A stretch of 63,862 nucleotides of DNA, counting the filler. It is 5 parts of 5 records of this genome, joined end to end, with 100 filler letters (N's around TTAATTAATTAA, not from the genome) between each part and the next. Parts side by side here need not be neighbours in the genome. Positions count along the whole stretch, not along the records: positions 1 to 28,836 come from SRR31156797_4220; positions 28,937 to 37,113 come from SRR31156797_4226; positions 37,214 to 45,769 come from SRR31156797_4229; 2 more parts are not named here. The stretch is one strand, 5' to 3'. Positions 27,278-39,898 of the stretch are shown here, piece after piece. Numbering within the stretch: position 1 is the first letter of the stretch; every line of letters begins with the position of its first letter. Below the pieces are notes generated by a model. That model ran no database searches, was not told the origin of the DNA, and saw nothing but the letters and a program-made list of their open reading frames with translations. The position numbers and the translations under genes were made by a program.

Positions 27278-28024
27278 TCTTTTGATGTGCCAGGCTTTCA
27301 CATACTTTAAAAAAGTCTCATGGGCCGCACCCTGGCAGATGATAAACCCATAAAACCCGTCAAGAAAACCAAGCCTGAGAAAATAATTACGAATGAATTT
27401 GGCGATCGGATGGATAAACAGTTGCACGAAAAACAATGGTTTCCCTCTTCTGATAATTTCGCCGGCAGCGATGCTACTGAATTTATCCGACTGTATCACA
27501 TGCTCTTCGATGGTATAATAGGTGTAGTGCAGCAGATCGCCCTTCAGTTGGCCGATTTTCGAGCCCGGTTTCATTTCAAATCTATCATGCGGATTTTCAC
27601 CACCCCATACACCCTTGCGCGAATCAAACAGTCGCAGTTTGGTATCAGGATACCATCCGCTGTGCCTGATCCATTTCCCGCAGTAGTTGGCCAGACGGTT
27701 CATGCGGTAGCCGTCGCATTCCCAGTTATCTTTCACTTTCAGGATTTCCTGTTTGAGATCGTCGGTAAGGGCTTCGTCAGCATCCAGCGAAAGCTGGCAA
27801 GGATTTGAAGCCTGGGAAATCGCGAAATTCTTCTGCCGTATATGCCCCTCAAAAGGATGAGAAATTACTTTGGCTCCGAATGATTCGCAAATTTCAACTG
27901 TACGATCTTCGGAAAGTGAATCCACCACCACAACTTCATCAGCCACATCCTTAACCGATTCTAGACACCGGCCTATATTCCGCTCCTCATTGTATGTGAT
28001 AATGACTACTGAGAGTTTTGGCAT
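27260..28024 (-). CDS. Glycosyltransferase family 2 (KdtX/WaaE-like)
   Basis: SVVIITYNEE, VVDSLSEDRT, LDADE, WYPD, LLHYTY. Confidence 0.9.
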   Translation of the reverse strand: MPKLSVVIITYNEERNIGRCLESVKDVADEVVVVDSLSEDRTVEICESFGAKVISHPFEGHIRQKNFAISQASNPCQLSLDADEALTDDLKQEILKVKDNWECDGYRMNRLANYCGKWIRHSGWYPDTKLRLFDSRKGVWGGENPHDRFEMKPGSKIGQLKGDLLHYTYYTIEEHVIQSDKFSSIAAGEIIRRGKPLFFVQLFIHPIAKFIRNYFLRLGFLDGFYGFIICQGAAHETFLKYVKAWHIKRSNRKK

Positions 28025-28302
28025 TTTGAAATGTGGCGTTAAATATATGAAGCTACCCTATGATCAATCATTCAACCGGACAAAGATAAACGATATGCTG
28101 AAACATCCTTCAAAGGCGTATACAAGCAGCTGGCAGAACCAGAAATTGGTTTCTTGACAATTTAATTCAACACATGTTTTCCATTTAATCAACTACCTTT
28201 GTACGCAAGTGACAAAATGACAAAGTCACCAAATTAATACGATTTTTGACGTAAGGCATGTTTGTTGATCATCGGCAAAGCTTTACATAAAAGATAGCAC
28301 CT

Positions 28303-28836
28303 ATGTTTAAGAAAATGATGAAAAACATCCTGGGTTCAAAGGCCGACAGAGACCTGAAGTCTCTCAACCCTGTCCTGGATGAAACCCTTGCGGCATATGA
28401 AAAAATCAAAGGATTAACCAACGATGAATTGCGTGGTAAAACCCTTGAATTCCGCAAACAGATCAAAGAGCAGGTCACTGAAGAAGAAGACCGGATAAAA
28501 GAGATAAAAGCTCAAATTGAGTCGGATCCTGAGATGGATATCGACCAAAAGGAAAAACTATACGATGAGATTGATAAACTCCAAAAGCAGAGCTACGATA
28601 AAACGCAAAGCCTGCTGGATGAAATCTTACCAGAGGCATTTTCGGTTGTTAAGGAAACAGCCAAGCGTTTCACCGAAAACGAAACTGTGGAAGTTACTGC
28701 AAGCCAGATGGACCGTGACCTGGCTGCCCGTTACGATCACGTAAACATTGTCGGCGACAAAGCATATTACGACAATCAATGGATGGCCGGTGGCAATATG
28801 ATAAAATGGAACATGGTGCATTACGATGTTCAGCTT
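28303..28836 (+). CDS. secA: Preprotein translocase SecA, 5' fragment truncated by the contig end
   Basis: LTNDELRGKT, LPEAFSVVKETAKRF, WNMVHYDVQL (Bacteroidota-type N-terminus). Confidence 0.92.
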
Positions 28837-28936
28837 NNNNNNNNNNNNNNNNNNNNNNNNNNNNNNNNNNNNNNNNNNNNTTAATTAATTAANNNNNNNN
28901 NNNNNNNNNNNNNNNNNNNNNNNNNNNNNNNNNNNN
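28837..28936. other. Artificial contig spacer
   Basis: N44-TTAATTAATTAA-N44. Confidence 0.99.
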
Positions 28937-28937
28937 T

Positions 28938-30278
28938 ACATGGAGAAAACTTTGGGTAGCACTTGCAGAATGTGAAAAAGAGTTAGGACTTGATATCACA
29001 GACGAGCAAATAGCAGAACTAAAAAAGTATGTTGATGATATCAACTACGATGTAGCAAAAAAGAGAGAAAAAGAAGTAAGACATGATGTTATGGCACATG
29101 TATTTGCTTATGGTGAACAAGCAGAGTTAGCAAAACCTATTATTCACTTAGGAGCGACTAGTGCTTTCGTTGGGGATAACACAGATCTTATTCAAATTAA
29201 AGATGGTCTTGACATTATCAAAGGAAAAATGGTAAATGTTATGGAAAATCTTAAGAAGTTTGCATTAGAATATAAAGATATGCCGACTCTTGGATTTACT
29301 CATTTTCAACCAGCTCAATTAACTACAGTTGGTAAAAGAGCAACTTTATGGCTTCAAAGTTTAGTTCTTGATTTTGAAGAAATTGAATTTAGACAAAAAA
29401 CACTTAGATTTAGAGGAGTAAAAGGAACAACTGGAACTCAGGCTAGTTATGCTGAACTTTTTGCTCATGACTTTGATAAAGTAAAAGAGTTAGATGAAAA
29501 AGTAGCTTCTAAACTGGGATTTGACAAAAGATTTATGGTAACAGGACAAACTTATGATAGAAAAGTTGATTCTGAGATGTTAAATCTTTTATCTAATATT
29601 GCCCAATCAGCTCACAAATTTACAAATGATCTTAGATTACTTCAAAACTTAAAAGAAATCGAAGAACCATTTGGTAAAAAACAGATTGGTTCATCTGCAA
29701 TGGCATATAAAAGAAATCCAATGAGAAGTGAAAGAATTTCAGCACTTGCTAAATTTGTAATATCTTTAACTACAAGTCCGGCAATGGTTGCCTCGACTCA
29801 ATGGTTTGAAAGAACTTTAGATGATTCAGCTAATAAAAGACTTGCTGTACAGGCTTTCTTAGCAATTGACTCAATTTTGACAATTTGGCAAAATATAATG
29901 GATGGATTAGTAGTATATCCAAAAATCATCGAAAAAAGAATTATGTCTGAATTACCTTTCATGGCAACAGAATATATTATCATGGAAGGTGTTAAAAATG
30001 GTGGAGATAGACAAGAACTTCATGAAAAAATCAGAGTTCATTCTATGGAAGCTGGTAAAATGGTTAAAGTTGAAGGAAAAGAAAATGATCTAATCGAAAG
30101 AATTTTAGCTGATGATTATTTCAATATCGATAAAGAAAGATTAGTAGAAATTCTTGATCCTAAGAACTTTATCGGTTTCTCATCTCAGCAAACAGAAGAT
30201 TTTATCAATGTTGAGGTTAATCCTATAATTGAAGCGAATAAAGAACTACTTGGAATGGATGCAGAACTTAACGTATAG
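28938..30278 (+). CDS. purB: Adenylosuccinate lyase, 5' truncated
   Basis: Frame open from the contig edge (TWRKLWVALAE); RHDVMAH, HLGATS, THFQPAQ, GSSAMAYKRNP signature. Confidence 0.95.
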   Translation, partial: TWRKLWVALAECEKELGLDITDEQIAELKKYVDDINYDVAKKREKEVRHDVMAHVFAYGEQAELAKPIIHLGATSAFVGDNTDLIQIKDGLDIIKGKMVNVMENLKKFALEYKDMPTLGFTHFQPAQLTTVGKRATLWLQSLVLDFEEIEFRQKTLRFRGVKGTTGTQASYAELFAHDFDKVKELDEKVASKLGFDKRFMVTGQTYDRKVDSEMLNLLSNIAQSAHKFTNDLRLLQNLKEIEEPFGKKQIGSSAMAYKRNPMRSERISALAKFVISLTTSPAMVASTQWFERTLDDSANKRLAVQAFLAIDSILTIWQNIMDGLVVYPKIIEKRIMSELPFMATEYIIMEGVKNGGDRQELHEKIRVHSMEAGKMVKVEGKENDLIERILADDYFNIDKERLVEILDPKNFIGFSSQQTEDFINVEVNPIIEANKELLGMDAELNV

Positions 30279-30355
30279 AATAAATAATAATCAAAATAGA
30301 TATTTTTATTTTATATAAAAACATAGATGTTTAAAATAATTGAGGAGAATAAAGT

Positions 30356-30925
30356 ATGACAAAAGAAGAGAAAAAACGGACAGCACATCTCATTACTTTA
30401 GTTCTTTTGGCGCTTTATTTCTCCTTAATGGAAGCTATAATCCCTAAGCCTTTTCCGTGGATGAAATTAGGTTTAGCTAATTTATCTACTTTAATAGCTC
30501 TGGAAAAATTCGATGGGAAAATGGGAATAGAGGTTTTTCTGCTGAGAGTATTTTCGGCAGGAATAGTTTTAGGCACACTTTTTACACCGGGTTTTTTAAT
30601 AAGTTTAGTCTCAGGAAGTTTTAGTACTTCCTTAATGTATTTTTTGTTTAAGAAAAGAAAATATTTTTCAATAGTTAGTATAAGCGCTTTCTCAGCAGTT
30701 TTTCATAATATGATTCAGCTGATAGTTGTTTATTTTCTTTTTTTCTCAGGAATTGAAATTATGACAAAACCAGTATTATATTTTGTATTTTTCTTTATGT
30801 TAATGGGACTTACATCCGGAATAATAATTGGACTTATAGCTTATAAAGCAACACAAGATAAGGGAGGAGAAATACTTGAAAAGAAAATATTTTGGAACAG
30901 ATGGAATAAGAGGGGAAGCAAATAA
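30356..30925 (+). CDS. Gx transporter / heptaprenyl diphosphate synthase component I family membrane protein
   Basis: PFPWMKLGLAN and HNMIQL motifs, multiple TM helices. Confidence 0.8.
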   Translation: MTKEEKKRTAHLITLVLLALYFSLMEAIIPKPFPWMKLGLANLSTLIALEKFDGKMGIEVFLLRVFSAGIVLGTLFTPGFLISLVSGSFSTSLMYFLFKKRKYFSIVSISAFSAVFHNMIQLIVVYFLFFSGIEIMTKPVLYFVFFFMLMGLTSGIIIGLIAYKATQDKGGEILEKKIFWNRWNKRGSK

Positions 30926-32237
30926 AGAACTTACAGTAGATATTGCTCTTAACCTAGGATACGCATTAGGATATTATTTAAAGAAAAAGAACCCTGATAA
31001 AAAGAAAATCAAATTAATTATGGGAACCGATACAAGGATCTCAGGATATATGCTTAGATCAGCTTTATTTGCAGGTTTAACTGCACTTGGAATACATATT
31101 GAGTTTATTGGAGTACTTCCAACACCGGGAGTGGCATATTTAATAAAAAGAAAAAATGCTGATGGTGGAATCATGATCTCAGCATCGCACAATCCGGCTC
31201 AAGATAATGGAATCAAAATTTTTGCTGCAAATGGATATAAATTACCTGATGAAGTAGAATTAGAGCTTGAAAACTTAATGGATAATGTAGATGATATCAA
31301 AAAAGAAGTAGTAGCTGGAGATGAAGTTGGTAAATTCAGATATTCAGAAGATGATTTTTATTTATATAGAGACTTCATGGTATCAACTGTAAATACTGAT
31401 TTTTCAGGAATGAAAATTATTTTAGATGTTGCTAATGGTGCTGCATATAGAATAGCACAAACAGTATTTAATAAATTAGGTGCGGAAATTGTAGTTATCA
31501 ATAATATACCAAATGGAACAAATATAAATGTAAAATGCGGATCAACTCATCCTGAAATACTTCAGAAAGTTGTATGTGGTTATGAAGCTGATTTAGGGCT
31601 TGCATATGATGGAGATGCTGACAGATTAATAGCTGTTGATAATAAAGGGAAAATTATTGATGGAGATAAAATTATTGCGATTCTTGCAACACAAATGAAA
31701 AAATCTAATATGCTTAATAACAATAAAGTAGTTACAACTGTTATGAGTAACATGGGATTTGAAGCATATTTAGCTGATAATGGTATTGAATTAGTTAGAG
31801 CTAACGTAGGAGATAGATATGTTCTTGAAAAAATGAAAGCACAAGGTTTAAACCTTGGTGGAGAACAATCAGGACATATAATTATGCTTGACCATAATAC
31901 AACAGGAGATGGTGTTTTAACATCACTTCATTTAGTTCAGGCAATTAAAGAATCAGGAAAAACACTAAATGAATTAGTAGCAGATATTAAAGACTGGCCA
32001 CAAAAACTAATCAATGTAAGAGTTCATAAAGATAAAAAAGCTATTTGGAACCAATTTGAAGTTATAACATCTTTCATTAGAGAAAAAGAATTAGAGATGC
32101 AGGGTGAAGGGAGAATATTAGTTAGAACTTCCGGAACAGAGCCTATTGTTAGAGTAATGGTAGAAGGAAAAAACGCTGAAAAAGTAGAAACTGTTTGTAA
32201 TGAAATTGCAGCATTGGTTGAAAAAGAATTAGTATAA
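30876..32237 (+). CDS. glmM: Phosphoglucosamine mutase
   Basis: YFGTDGIRG, ISASHNP, DGDADR, GGEQSGH, RTSGTEP; TTG start with GGAGG RBS. Confidence 0.95.
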   Translation: MKRKYFGTDGIRGEANKELTVDIALNLGYALGYYLKKKNPDKKKIKLIMGTDTRISGYMLRSALFAGLTALGIHIEFIGVLPTPGVAYLIKRKNADGGIMISASHNPAQDNGIKIFAANGYKLPDEVELELENLMDNVDDIKKEVVAGDEVGKFRYSEDDFYLYRDFMVSTVNTDFSGMKIILDVANGAAYRIAQTVFNKLGAEIVVINNIPNGTNINVKCGSTHPEILQKVVCGYEADLGLAYDGDADRLIAVDNKGKIIDGDKIIAILATQMKKSNMLNNNKVVTTVMSNMGFEAYLADNGIELVRANVGDRYVLEKMKAQGLNLGGEQSGHIIMLDHNTTGDGVLTSLHLVQAIKESGKTLNELVADIKDWPQKLINVRVHKDKKAIWNQFEVITSFIREKELEMQGEGRILVRTSGTEPIVRVMVEGKNAEKVETVCNEIAALVEKELV

Positions 32238-32253
32238 TAATAAATAAATTACG

Positions 32254-32290
32254 GAAGTAGAGGTAAAATTTTTTACCTCTTCTTACTTTC
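32254..32290 (+). terminator. Intrinsic terminator-like hairpin after glmM
   Basis: AGAGGTAAAA/TTTTACCTCT inverted repeat. Confidence 0.55.
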
Positions 32291-32353
32291 AAGTTAAAAA
32301 TAAAATATAGAAAATAAGCAAAACTTATATTGATTTATTTTGAATCAATATAG

Positions 32354-34283
<1,930 letters not shown>

Positions 34284-34330
34284 TGAATCAAAAATATTTA
34301 TAGAAAATTAGAAATTGTGAGGAGATAGTT

Positions 34331-35494
34331 ATGAAACTATTATTTGATTTATCAGCAACTCAATCATCTGCAAAGATAAAAAATCATGGAGGGGCAGAAT
34401 ATTCAATAAGAGTATATAAAAAATTATTGGAATCTAAAGGTAAATTAGTTGATATAGAATCAATCTATGATAATTCCAGAGAGCTTCCTAAGGAAATAGA
34501 AACTTTGAACTTAGAACACAATGTTAAACTAGTTAACTTTGATTCATTTGAAGAACTTGAAGTGATAATTGAAAAAGGTCATTATGATGTGTTTTTTTCT
34601 GGTTTAGGAGATCATTATAGAGAGTTAAAAGTTCCAAAAAAGTGTAAATTAATTATAACAGTGCATGGTCTAAGGTATTTAGAAACTTTTGATGATGAAT
34701 ATAAAAAATATTATTCAAAAAATATGTTTAAATATCAAATTCGTGAATTTAGAGATAAAATATCAAAAAAGAATGAAAAAAAATATAAAGAAAGCTTTAT
34801 AAAACATAAAAAACTTCTAACAAATTTAAACAACAATGGTAAAATCATTGTTGATTCAAAACATTCTTTAAATTCGGTTTTAGCATATTTTGACGATATT
34901 GAAAGAGAAAATATAAAAGTTTTCTATCCGCCGGAAAAATTATCAACTAAGTTTAGTGATAGGATTGAGAAAAAAAACTATTTTTTACTTATTAGTGCGA
35001 ATAGATGGATAAAGAATCCAATTAGAGGAATTTTTGCCTTAGATGAATTTTTTAATAGAGATGAAAATAAAGATTTTAAGGCTATTATTTTAGGAAGTGC
35101 TCCAGATTCAGTTAAGAGTAAATTAAAAAATTTAGAAAATTTTGATTTCAGAGATTATGTTAGCACTGAAGAGCTTGAAAAATTATATGCTGAAGCCTAT
35201 GCTTTATTTTATCCAAGTTTAAATGAAGGATTTGGGTATCCTCCTCTTGAAGCGATGAAGTATGGAACACCGATTTTGGCTGCAGCAATTACCTCAATAC
35301 CTGAAGTTTGTGGAGATGCAGCGTTGTATTTTAATCCATATTCAATAAAGGAAATGGTAGGACGATTATTAGAAATCAAAGATGCAGATTATGGTATTCT
35401 TAGAAATAAAGCACTACAGCGATATAATCTTGTTAAGGAAAAACAGGAAAAAGATTTAGAAGATTTGATAGAGTTTTTATGTAAAAGAAATTAG
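34331..35494 (+). CDS. Glycosyltransferase family 4
   Basis: PSLNEGFGYPPLEAM motif. Confidence 0.9.
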   Translation: MKLLFDLSATQSSAKIKNHGGAEYSIRVYKKLLESKGKLVDIESIYDNSRELPKEIETLNLEHNVKLVNFDSFEELEVIIEKGHYDVFFSGLGDHYRELKVPKKCKLIITVHGLRYLETFDDEYKKYYSKNMFKYQIREFRDKISKKNEKKYKESFIKHKKLLTNLNNNGKIIVDSKHSLNSVLAYFDDIERENIKVFYPPEKLSTKFSDRIEKKNYFLLISANRWIKNPIRGIFALDEFFNRDENKDFKAIILGSAPDSVKSKLKNLENFDFRDYVSTEELEKLYAEAYALFYPSLNEGFGYPPLEAMKYGTPILAAAITSIPEVCGDAALYFNPYSIKEMVGRLLEIKDADYGILRNKALQRYNLVKEKQEKDLEDLIEFLCKRN

Positions 35495-35507
35495 AATTAT
35501 TTTAAGC

Positions 35508-35540
35508 AAACAGACTAGAGATCTATTTAGTCTGTTTTTT
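35508..35540 (+). terminator. Intrinsic terminator
   Basis: AAACAGACTA...TAGTCTGTTTTTT. Confidence 0.7.
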
Positions 35541-35580
35541 AAAGGAGAATAATTTTTGGAGCTTAATTCGGAGGATATAA

Positions 35581-36297
35581 ATGTATATAGAGTTTAGTAA
35601 GTTTTATGATGAAATAATGGGTCATATGGAGTATGACAAATGGATGGAGATTCTGGAAAAAGAATTTAGAGTAGAAGTTAAAAAAATCCTAGATTTAGGA
35701 TGTGGAACAGGAGAATTAAGTTATAGATTAGCGGAAAAAGATTATGATGTAACCGGTCTTGATTATTCAGAGGATATGTTATCTATAGCAGAACAAAAGC
35801 TCTATGAGAAAAATATAAAGATACCATTATTTTCTGGAGATATGAGAAATTTTGAAATAGGTGAAAAATATGATGCTGTAATATCTATGTTTGATACAGT
35901 AAATCATCTATTATCTTTACAGGAGTTTGAACAGGCTTTAATTCAAGTATCAAAACATCTTGAAAAAGGCGGACAGTTTATATTTGATTTGGCAACGAGA
36001 GAACTTATGGATGGGATGTTCAAAGATGAAATATTCGCTGATGACAGAGAAGGTTTAACTATTTTATGGCAGCACTGGATAGATGAAGAAACTGAACTAG
36101 ACAATGTAGTGATAAGCTTTTTTGTAGAAACAGAAGAGAATATTTATAGAAGAATAGATGAACATTATGAGAAGAAAATATTTAACGAAATAGATATAGA
36201 GTTGTTAATCAAGAAAAATGGCTTTGAAATTGTTAATAAGTTCACCTCTGATGAAATAGCAGGAAACAGAGTGGTTTATTCATTAAAAAAGCTTTAA
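35581..36297 (+). CDS. Class I SAM-dependent methyltransferase
   Basis: ILDLGCGTG, GLDYSEDML, GDMR, HLEKGGQFIFD. Confidence 0.9.
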   Translation: MYIEFSKFYDEIMGHMEYDKWMEILEKEFRVEVKKILDLGCGTGELSYRLAEKDYDVTGLDYSEDMLSIAEQKLYEKNIKIPLFSGDMRNFEIGEKYDAVISMFDTVNHLLSLQEFEQALIQVSKHLEKGGQFIFDLATRELMDGMFKDEIFADDREGLTILWQHWIDEETELDNVVISFFVETEENIYRRIDEHYEKKIFNEIDIELLIKKNGFEIVNKFTSDEIAGNRVVYSLKKL

Positions 36298-36381
36298 AAA
36301 TGAAGGAAATTGTTAAAGAATGTAGTATATAATTCTGTGAGTATTTATGTCATAATATTAATTTTGAATATAGGTGATATC

Positions 36382-36594
36382 TTGAGAGAGAATAAATATG
36401 GAGATGTATTTTATTATTTAGGTTTGTTAGGTCAGTTAGGCTTTAGCATAGTTGGAACAATATTATTATTTTTATTAGTATATAAACTGATAGAAAAATT
36501 TATTGGTGAGAATACATTACTATTTTTTGTATTTGTATTTGGTGGTGTTTTTTCCGGTTTTTATAATGCATATAGGTTAATAATGAAGAAATAA
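36382..36594 (+). CDS. AtpZ/AtpI-like small membrane protein
   Basis: Two TM helices (LGQLGFSI...GVFSGFYNAY) upstream of atpI; TTG start after AGGTG. Confidence 0.65.
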   Translation: MRENKYGDVFYYLGLLGQLGFSIVGTILLFLLVYKLIEKFIGENTLLFFVFVFGGVFSGFYNAYRLIMKK

Positions 36595-36724
36595 TGAATT
36601 TAGTGAAAAAAGCTTTTAAGCTTAATTAGGCAACTAAAAAAAATGACTTTAAAGTCAAAATATAAAAACTCTTATTTTACAAGGTTTAGAGAGTGAGTGT
36701 ATGTATAAAAAACTCCATATTTGA

Positions 36725-36753
36725 TTGACAAACATATTGATTTAAGATATACT
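36725..36753 (+). promoter_or_regulatory. Sigma-70 promoter of the atp operon
   Basis: TTGACA-N17-TATACT. Confidence 0.75.
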
Positions 36754-36874
36754 AAATTAGTATAATTGTGACAGAATGTTCATTGTACAGAACCTATAGT
36801 TACTTAGAAAAAATTAGTAAACTAATAAAGAAATTTTATTAGAGAAACAAACTGAATTGGAAATAGGTGAAAAA

Positions 36875-37113
36875 GTGGATAAAGATTTAAAATTAATTAT
36901 AAAAAAATCATTGATAACAAGCCTGATAATTTTAATTTACGGACTTGTAGTAATGGAAAAAGCTGTTTATGTAGCCATGTTCTCAGGAAGTTTGGTATCA
37001 ATTGCAGCTTTTTATTTGATCATCAAAGATACGGAATATATTGTTCGTAGCGGTAGAGGTTCGTATCAAACAGCTATCCTGAGCTATATAAAGCGATATG
37101 CTTTATATGGCAT
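36875..37113 (+). CDS. atpI: ATP synthase protein I, 3' truncated
   Basis: Hydrophobic helices with SYIKRYALY motif; GTG start after AGGTG; follows the AtpZ-like gene. Confidence 0.65.
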
Positions 37114-37213
37114 NNNNNNNNNNNNNNNNNNNNNNNNNNNNNNNNNNNNNNNNNNNNTTAATTAATTAANNNNNNNNNNNNNNNNNNNNNNNNNNNNNNN
37201 NNNNNNNNNNNNN
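37114..37213. other. Artificial contig spacer
   Basis: N44-TTAATTAATTAA-N44. Confidence 0.99.
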
Positions 37214-37229
37214 TCCCTATGGGATAGTT
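37214..37229 (+). repeat. Intergenic hairpin element A (3' half, cut by contig start)
   Basis: TCCCTATGGGATAGTT matches the 3' arm of element C (TCCCTATATGGGATAACT). Confidence 0.6.
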
Positions 37230-37262
37230 CTATCTCTTTAATAGAAATATGAGAGAAAAAAA

Positions 37263-37568
37263 ATGATTACAAAATTATTAGAAAATAAATACTATAAAGA
37301 GTATGAAGTTCTTGAAGGAACAGAAACATTTGTTTGGTTTGTAAAACCAGAACATACTTTAACTAACAAAGATATTGTATTAACAAAAGACATACTTGTT
37401 GATAGTGCGATAAAAGAAATTAAAGAATGGTGGCAAGTATTTGAAGAAGATGATAATGATTCAACAGATGATAACTTAGGAAGAGAAATAGAAAACTTTC
37501 TTTTAGAAGATGGTTTTCCAATAGAAATCATTGAAGAATCAATGAATCTTTATGCAAGTACTCACTAG
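37263..37568 (+). CDS. Hypothetical acidic protein
   Basis: 101-aa ORF, co-oriented, AT-rich codon use consistent with neighbours. Confidence 0.7.
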   Translation: MITKLLENKYYKEYEVLEGTETFVWFVKPEHTLTNKDIVLTKDILVDSAIKEIKEWWQVFEEDDNDSTDDNLGREIENFLLEDGFPIEIIEESMNLYASTH

Positions 37569-37584
37569 ATAAAAAACTTAACTT

Positions 37585-37627
37585 AACCCAACAGGGGAAA
37601 CTAATTCCCTTTCGTTGGGTTTTTTTG
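37585..37627 (+). repeat. Intergenic hairpin element B (also terminator-like)
   Basis: AACCCAACAGGGGAA-actaa-TTCCCTTTCGTTGGGTT plus T tract. Confidence 0.6.
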
Positions 37628-37665
37628 TTTCCTCTGAAAATTAAAACAATCATAAGGAAATAAAA

Positions 37666-39888
37666 ATGTCAAAAACACCAATTTCAAAAATTATTAATGA
37701 AAATATCAACAATGGAACTGATTTTGAGTTCTATCCTACAACTAATGAAATATTAGATGCTATGTATTGGGATATAAAAGAAAATAAAAAAGATTATCGT
37801 AATAGATATGAATATCAATCAATTGATATCTTAGATATTGGAGCAGGTAATTGTAAGCTATATGATAGATTTAGAGAAATTTCTAATGAAAATAAAGAGT
37901 ATGACTCTTACAATAATTTAGAAAGAGAAAAAATGCTTGGTATTTCTAAGTATATGGTTATTGAAAAATCTCAAACTCTTTTAAATCATATGCCTTCAGA
38001 AGTATTTGTTGTTGGAACAGATTTTCATGAAAACTTTTTAGTTGATAAAAAAACTGATATTGTTTTTTGTAATCCTCCATACTCAGAGTATGCACATTGG
38101 ACACAAAGAATAATAAGAGAAGCTAATGCTGAATTCATTTATCTTGTTATTCCAAAAAGATGGGGTAAATCGCAAGGTATTAGAAAAGCATTAAAAGATA
38201 GAAAAGCTAGAGTTAAAATCGTTGGAGATTTTAGTTTTGAGGATGCTGAAGATAGAAAAGCAAGAGCTAAAGTATCTTTAGTAAAAGTTCTACTTAAGCC
38301 AAAAATCAAACATAATATATCAGGTGAATTTTTTGAAGGTAGTCAAATAGATCCATTTGAAATGTGGATAAATGAAACATTCAACTTTACAAATGCTCAA
38401 CCTAAAAAGAAAGATGATTCTTTCTATGAAAAACAAAAAGCAAGAGAAGAGTTAAAAAACCAATTAGTTAATGCTACTGATTTAGTTGGAACACTTATAG
38501 AGCTTTATAATAAAGAAATGGAAAAACTTGTAACTAATTATAAAAAAGTAGCTGATTTAGATTCTGAAATTTTAGAAGAACTTAATGTGGACATTAAAAG
38601 TCTTAAACAAGGTCTTATGACAAAGATAGAAGGATTAAAGTATAAATATTGGCAAGAAGTATTTGATAACTTAGGAGATATTAAAAAAAGACTTACTAAA
38701 AGAAGTAGAAATACTTTAGTAAATATTTTAAATTCTCAAACAAATATAGACTTTACTAGTAGTAATATTAGGGCTGTTGTTATTTGGGTTATTAAAAATG
38801 CTAATAAATACTATGATAATCAAATGCTAGAAGTTTATGATGATTTTACAACTGAAGAAGGTATCACACTTTATAAATCAAATCAACGATTTAATAAAGA
38901 TGATTTTAGATATCTAAAAAGAGATAAAAAATTAGAAAAATATTCACTGGATTATAGACTTGTAAAGCATGGATTTTTAGATGATTATGACAAAAAATAT
39001 AGAAGTAATCTTTCTCAAGCTCAAATTGATGCTATTGAAGATATCGTAACTATTGGTAAAAACTTAGGTTTTAAAATCAATACTTTTGACTTTAGCACTA
39101 TTCAAAGAGGTAATAAAATCAACTTATGCTTTACAAGAGAAGGTGAAAATAAATTCCTTAAAGTAGGAACAAAAACTGCTAAAGGAAAAATTGAAGAAGT
39201 ATATTTTCATACAAATACACCTAATGAAGATGGTGAAAGAGTAATGGAAAAAGATGGAGTCTTCTATGTTTATTCAGAAGATAGCAATAATGAATACCAA
39301 TACTTAATAAATGGTGTTTACTATCATCCTGATGCAGTTTATACACAAGATGAAGTATTTACTACTATAAAAGGTTTCCAAAACGGTAATGTACATTATC
39401 AATTCAATAAAAAATTCATTAAGAAACTAAACTTAGAAGTAGGAAGATTAAGAGGATGGATTAAATCACCTTCTGAAGCTGCTGAAGAGTTTGATATCAC
39501 AATGGAAGAAGCTGCTGAATATTGGAAATCTACTTATCAAGTATTGCCTTCAACACTATCTCATTTATTACCTCAACCTAAAAAAGAACCTGTTTTTAAT
39601 ATTGAAACAATAGAGAATAATGAAGTTGGACTATTTCAAGATGATAAATTAATTTATAAATCTGAAAAAGGTGCAATTTTAGCTCTTAGTGAAATTTCTT
39701 TAGAAGATATTCCTGAAGAAACAAGTAAGCAGTTTATGGAGAAAGTGTATATTAATTCAATTACAGAAGAAGAGAATGTAATTGTAGTAGATAATGTTAT
39801 TGAAGTAAAAGTTGAAGATACAGAATTAAGCAAAAATATATATGAAAAAGAACAACTAGAGGCATTTAACTCTGGTTCATTGTTTTAA
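37666..39888 (+). CDS. Orphan N6-adenine DNA methyltransferase with long C-terminal (DUF4942-like) region
   Basis: EFYPT, ILDIGAG (motif I), CNPPY (motif IV); C-terminal KGFQNGNVHYQF. Confidence 0.8.
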   Translation: MSKTPISKIINENINNGTDFEFYPTTNEILDAMYWDIKENKKDYRNRYEYQSIDILDIGAGNCKLYDRFREISNENKEYDSYNNLEREKMLGISKYMVIEKSQTLLNHMPSEVFVVGTDFHENFLVDKKTDIVFCNPPYSEYAHWTQRIIREANAEFIYLVIPKRWGKSQGIRKALKDRKARVKIVGDFSFEDAEDRKARAKVSLVKVLLKPKIKHNISGEFFEGSQIDPFEMWINETFNFTNAQPKKKDDSFYEKQKAREELKNQLVNATDLVGTLIELYNKEMEKLVTNYKKVADLDSEILEELNVDIKSLKQGLMTKIEGLKYKYWQEVFDNLGDIKKRLTKRSRNTLVNILNSQTNIDFTSSNIRAVVIWVIKNANKYYDNQMLEVYDDFTTEEGITLYKSNQRFNKDDFRYLKRDKKLEKYSLDYRLVKHGFLDDYDKKYRSNLSQAQIDAIEDIVTIGKNLGFKINTFDFSTIQRGNKINLCFTREGENKFLKVGTKTAKGKIEEVYFHTNTPNEDGERVMEKDGVFYVYSEDSNNEYQYLINGVYYHPDAVYTQDEVFTTIKGFQNGNVHYQFNKKFIKKLNLEVGRLRGWIKSPSEAAEEFDITMEEAAEYWKSTYQVLPSTLSHLLPQPKKEPVFNIETIENNEVGLFQDDKLIYKSEKGAILALSEISLEDIPEETSKQFMEKVYINSITEEENVIVVDNVIEVKVEDTELSKNIYEKEQLEAFNSGSLF

Positions 39889-39898
39889 GGATAATAAT

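Noticed and set aside
46-28821. Many 60-190 aa ORFs overlapping longer genes (e.g. 7279-7665, 8088-8660, 13576-14034, 23438-23923, 27320-27808)
   Set aside because: Shadow or alternate-frame ORFs of well-supported genes with no recognisable motifs
28881-28892. TTAATTAATTAA palindrome repeated four times
   Set aside because: Artificial all-frame stop linker inside N runs
29830-29860. purB reads KRLAVQAF where a Pro would be expected from recalled homologues
   Set aside because: In-frame single-codon difference; cannot separate variant from assembly error, so no pseudogene call
36766-36784. Rex-like operator near the atp promoter
   Set aside because: Only the left half-site (TTGTGA) matches
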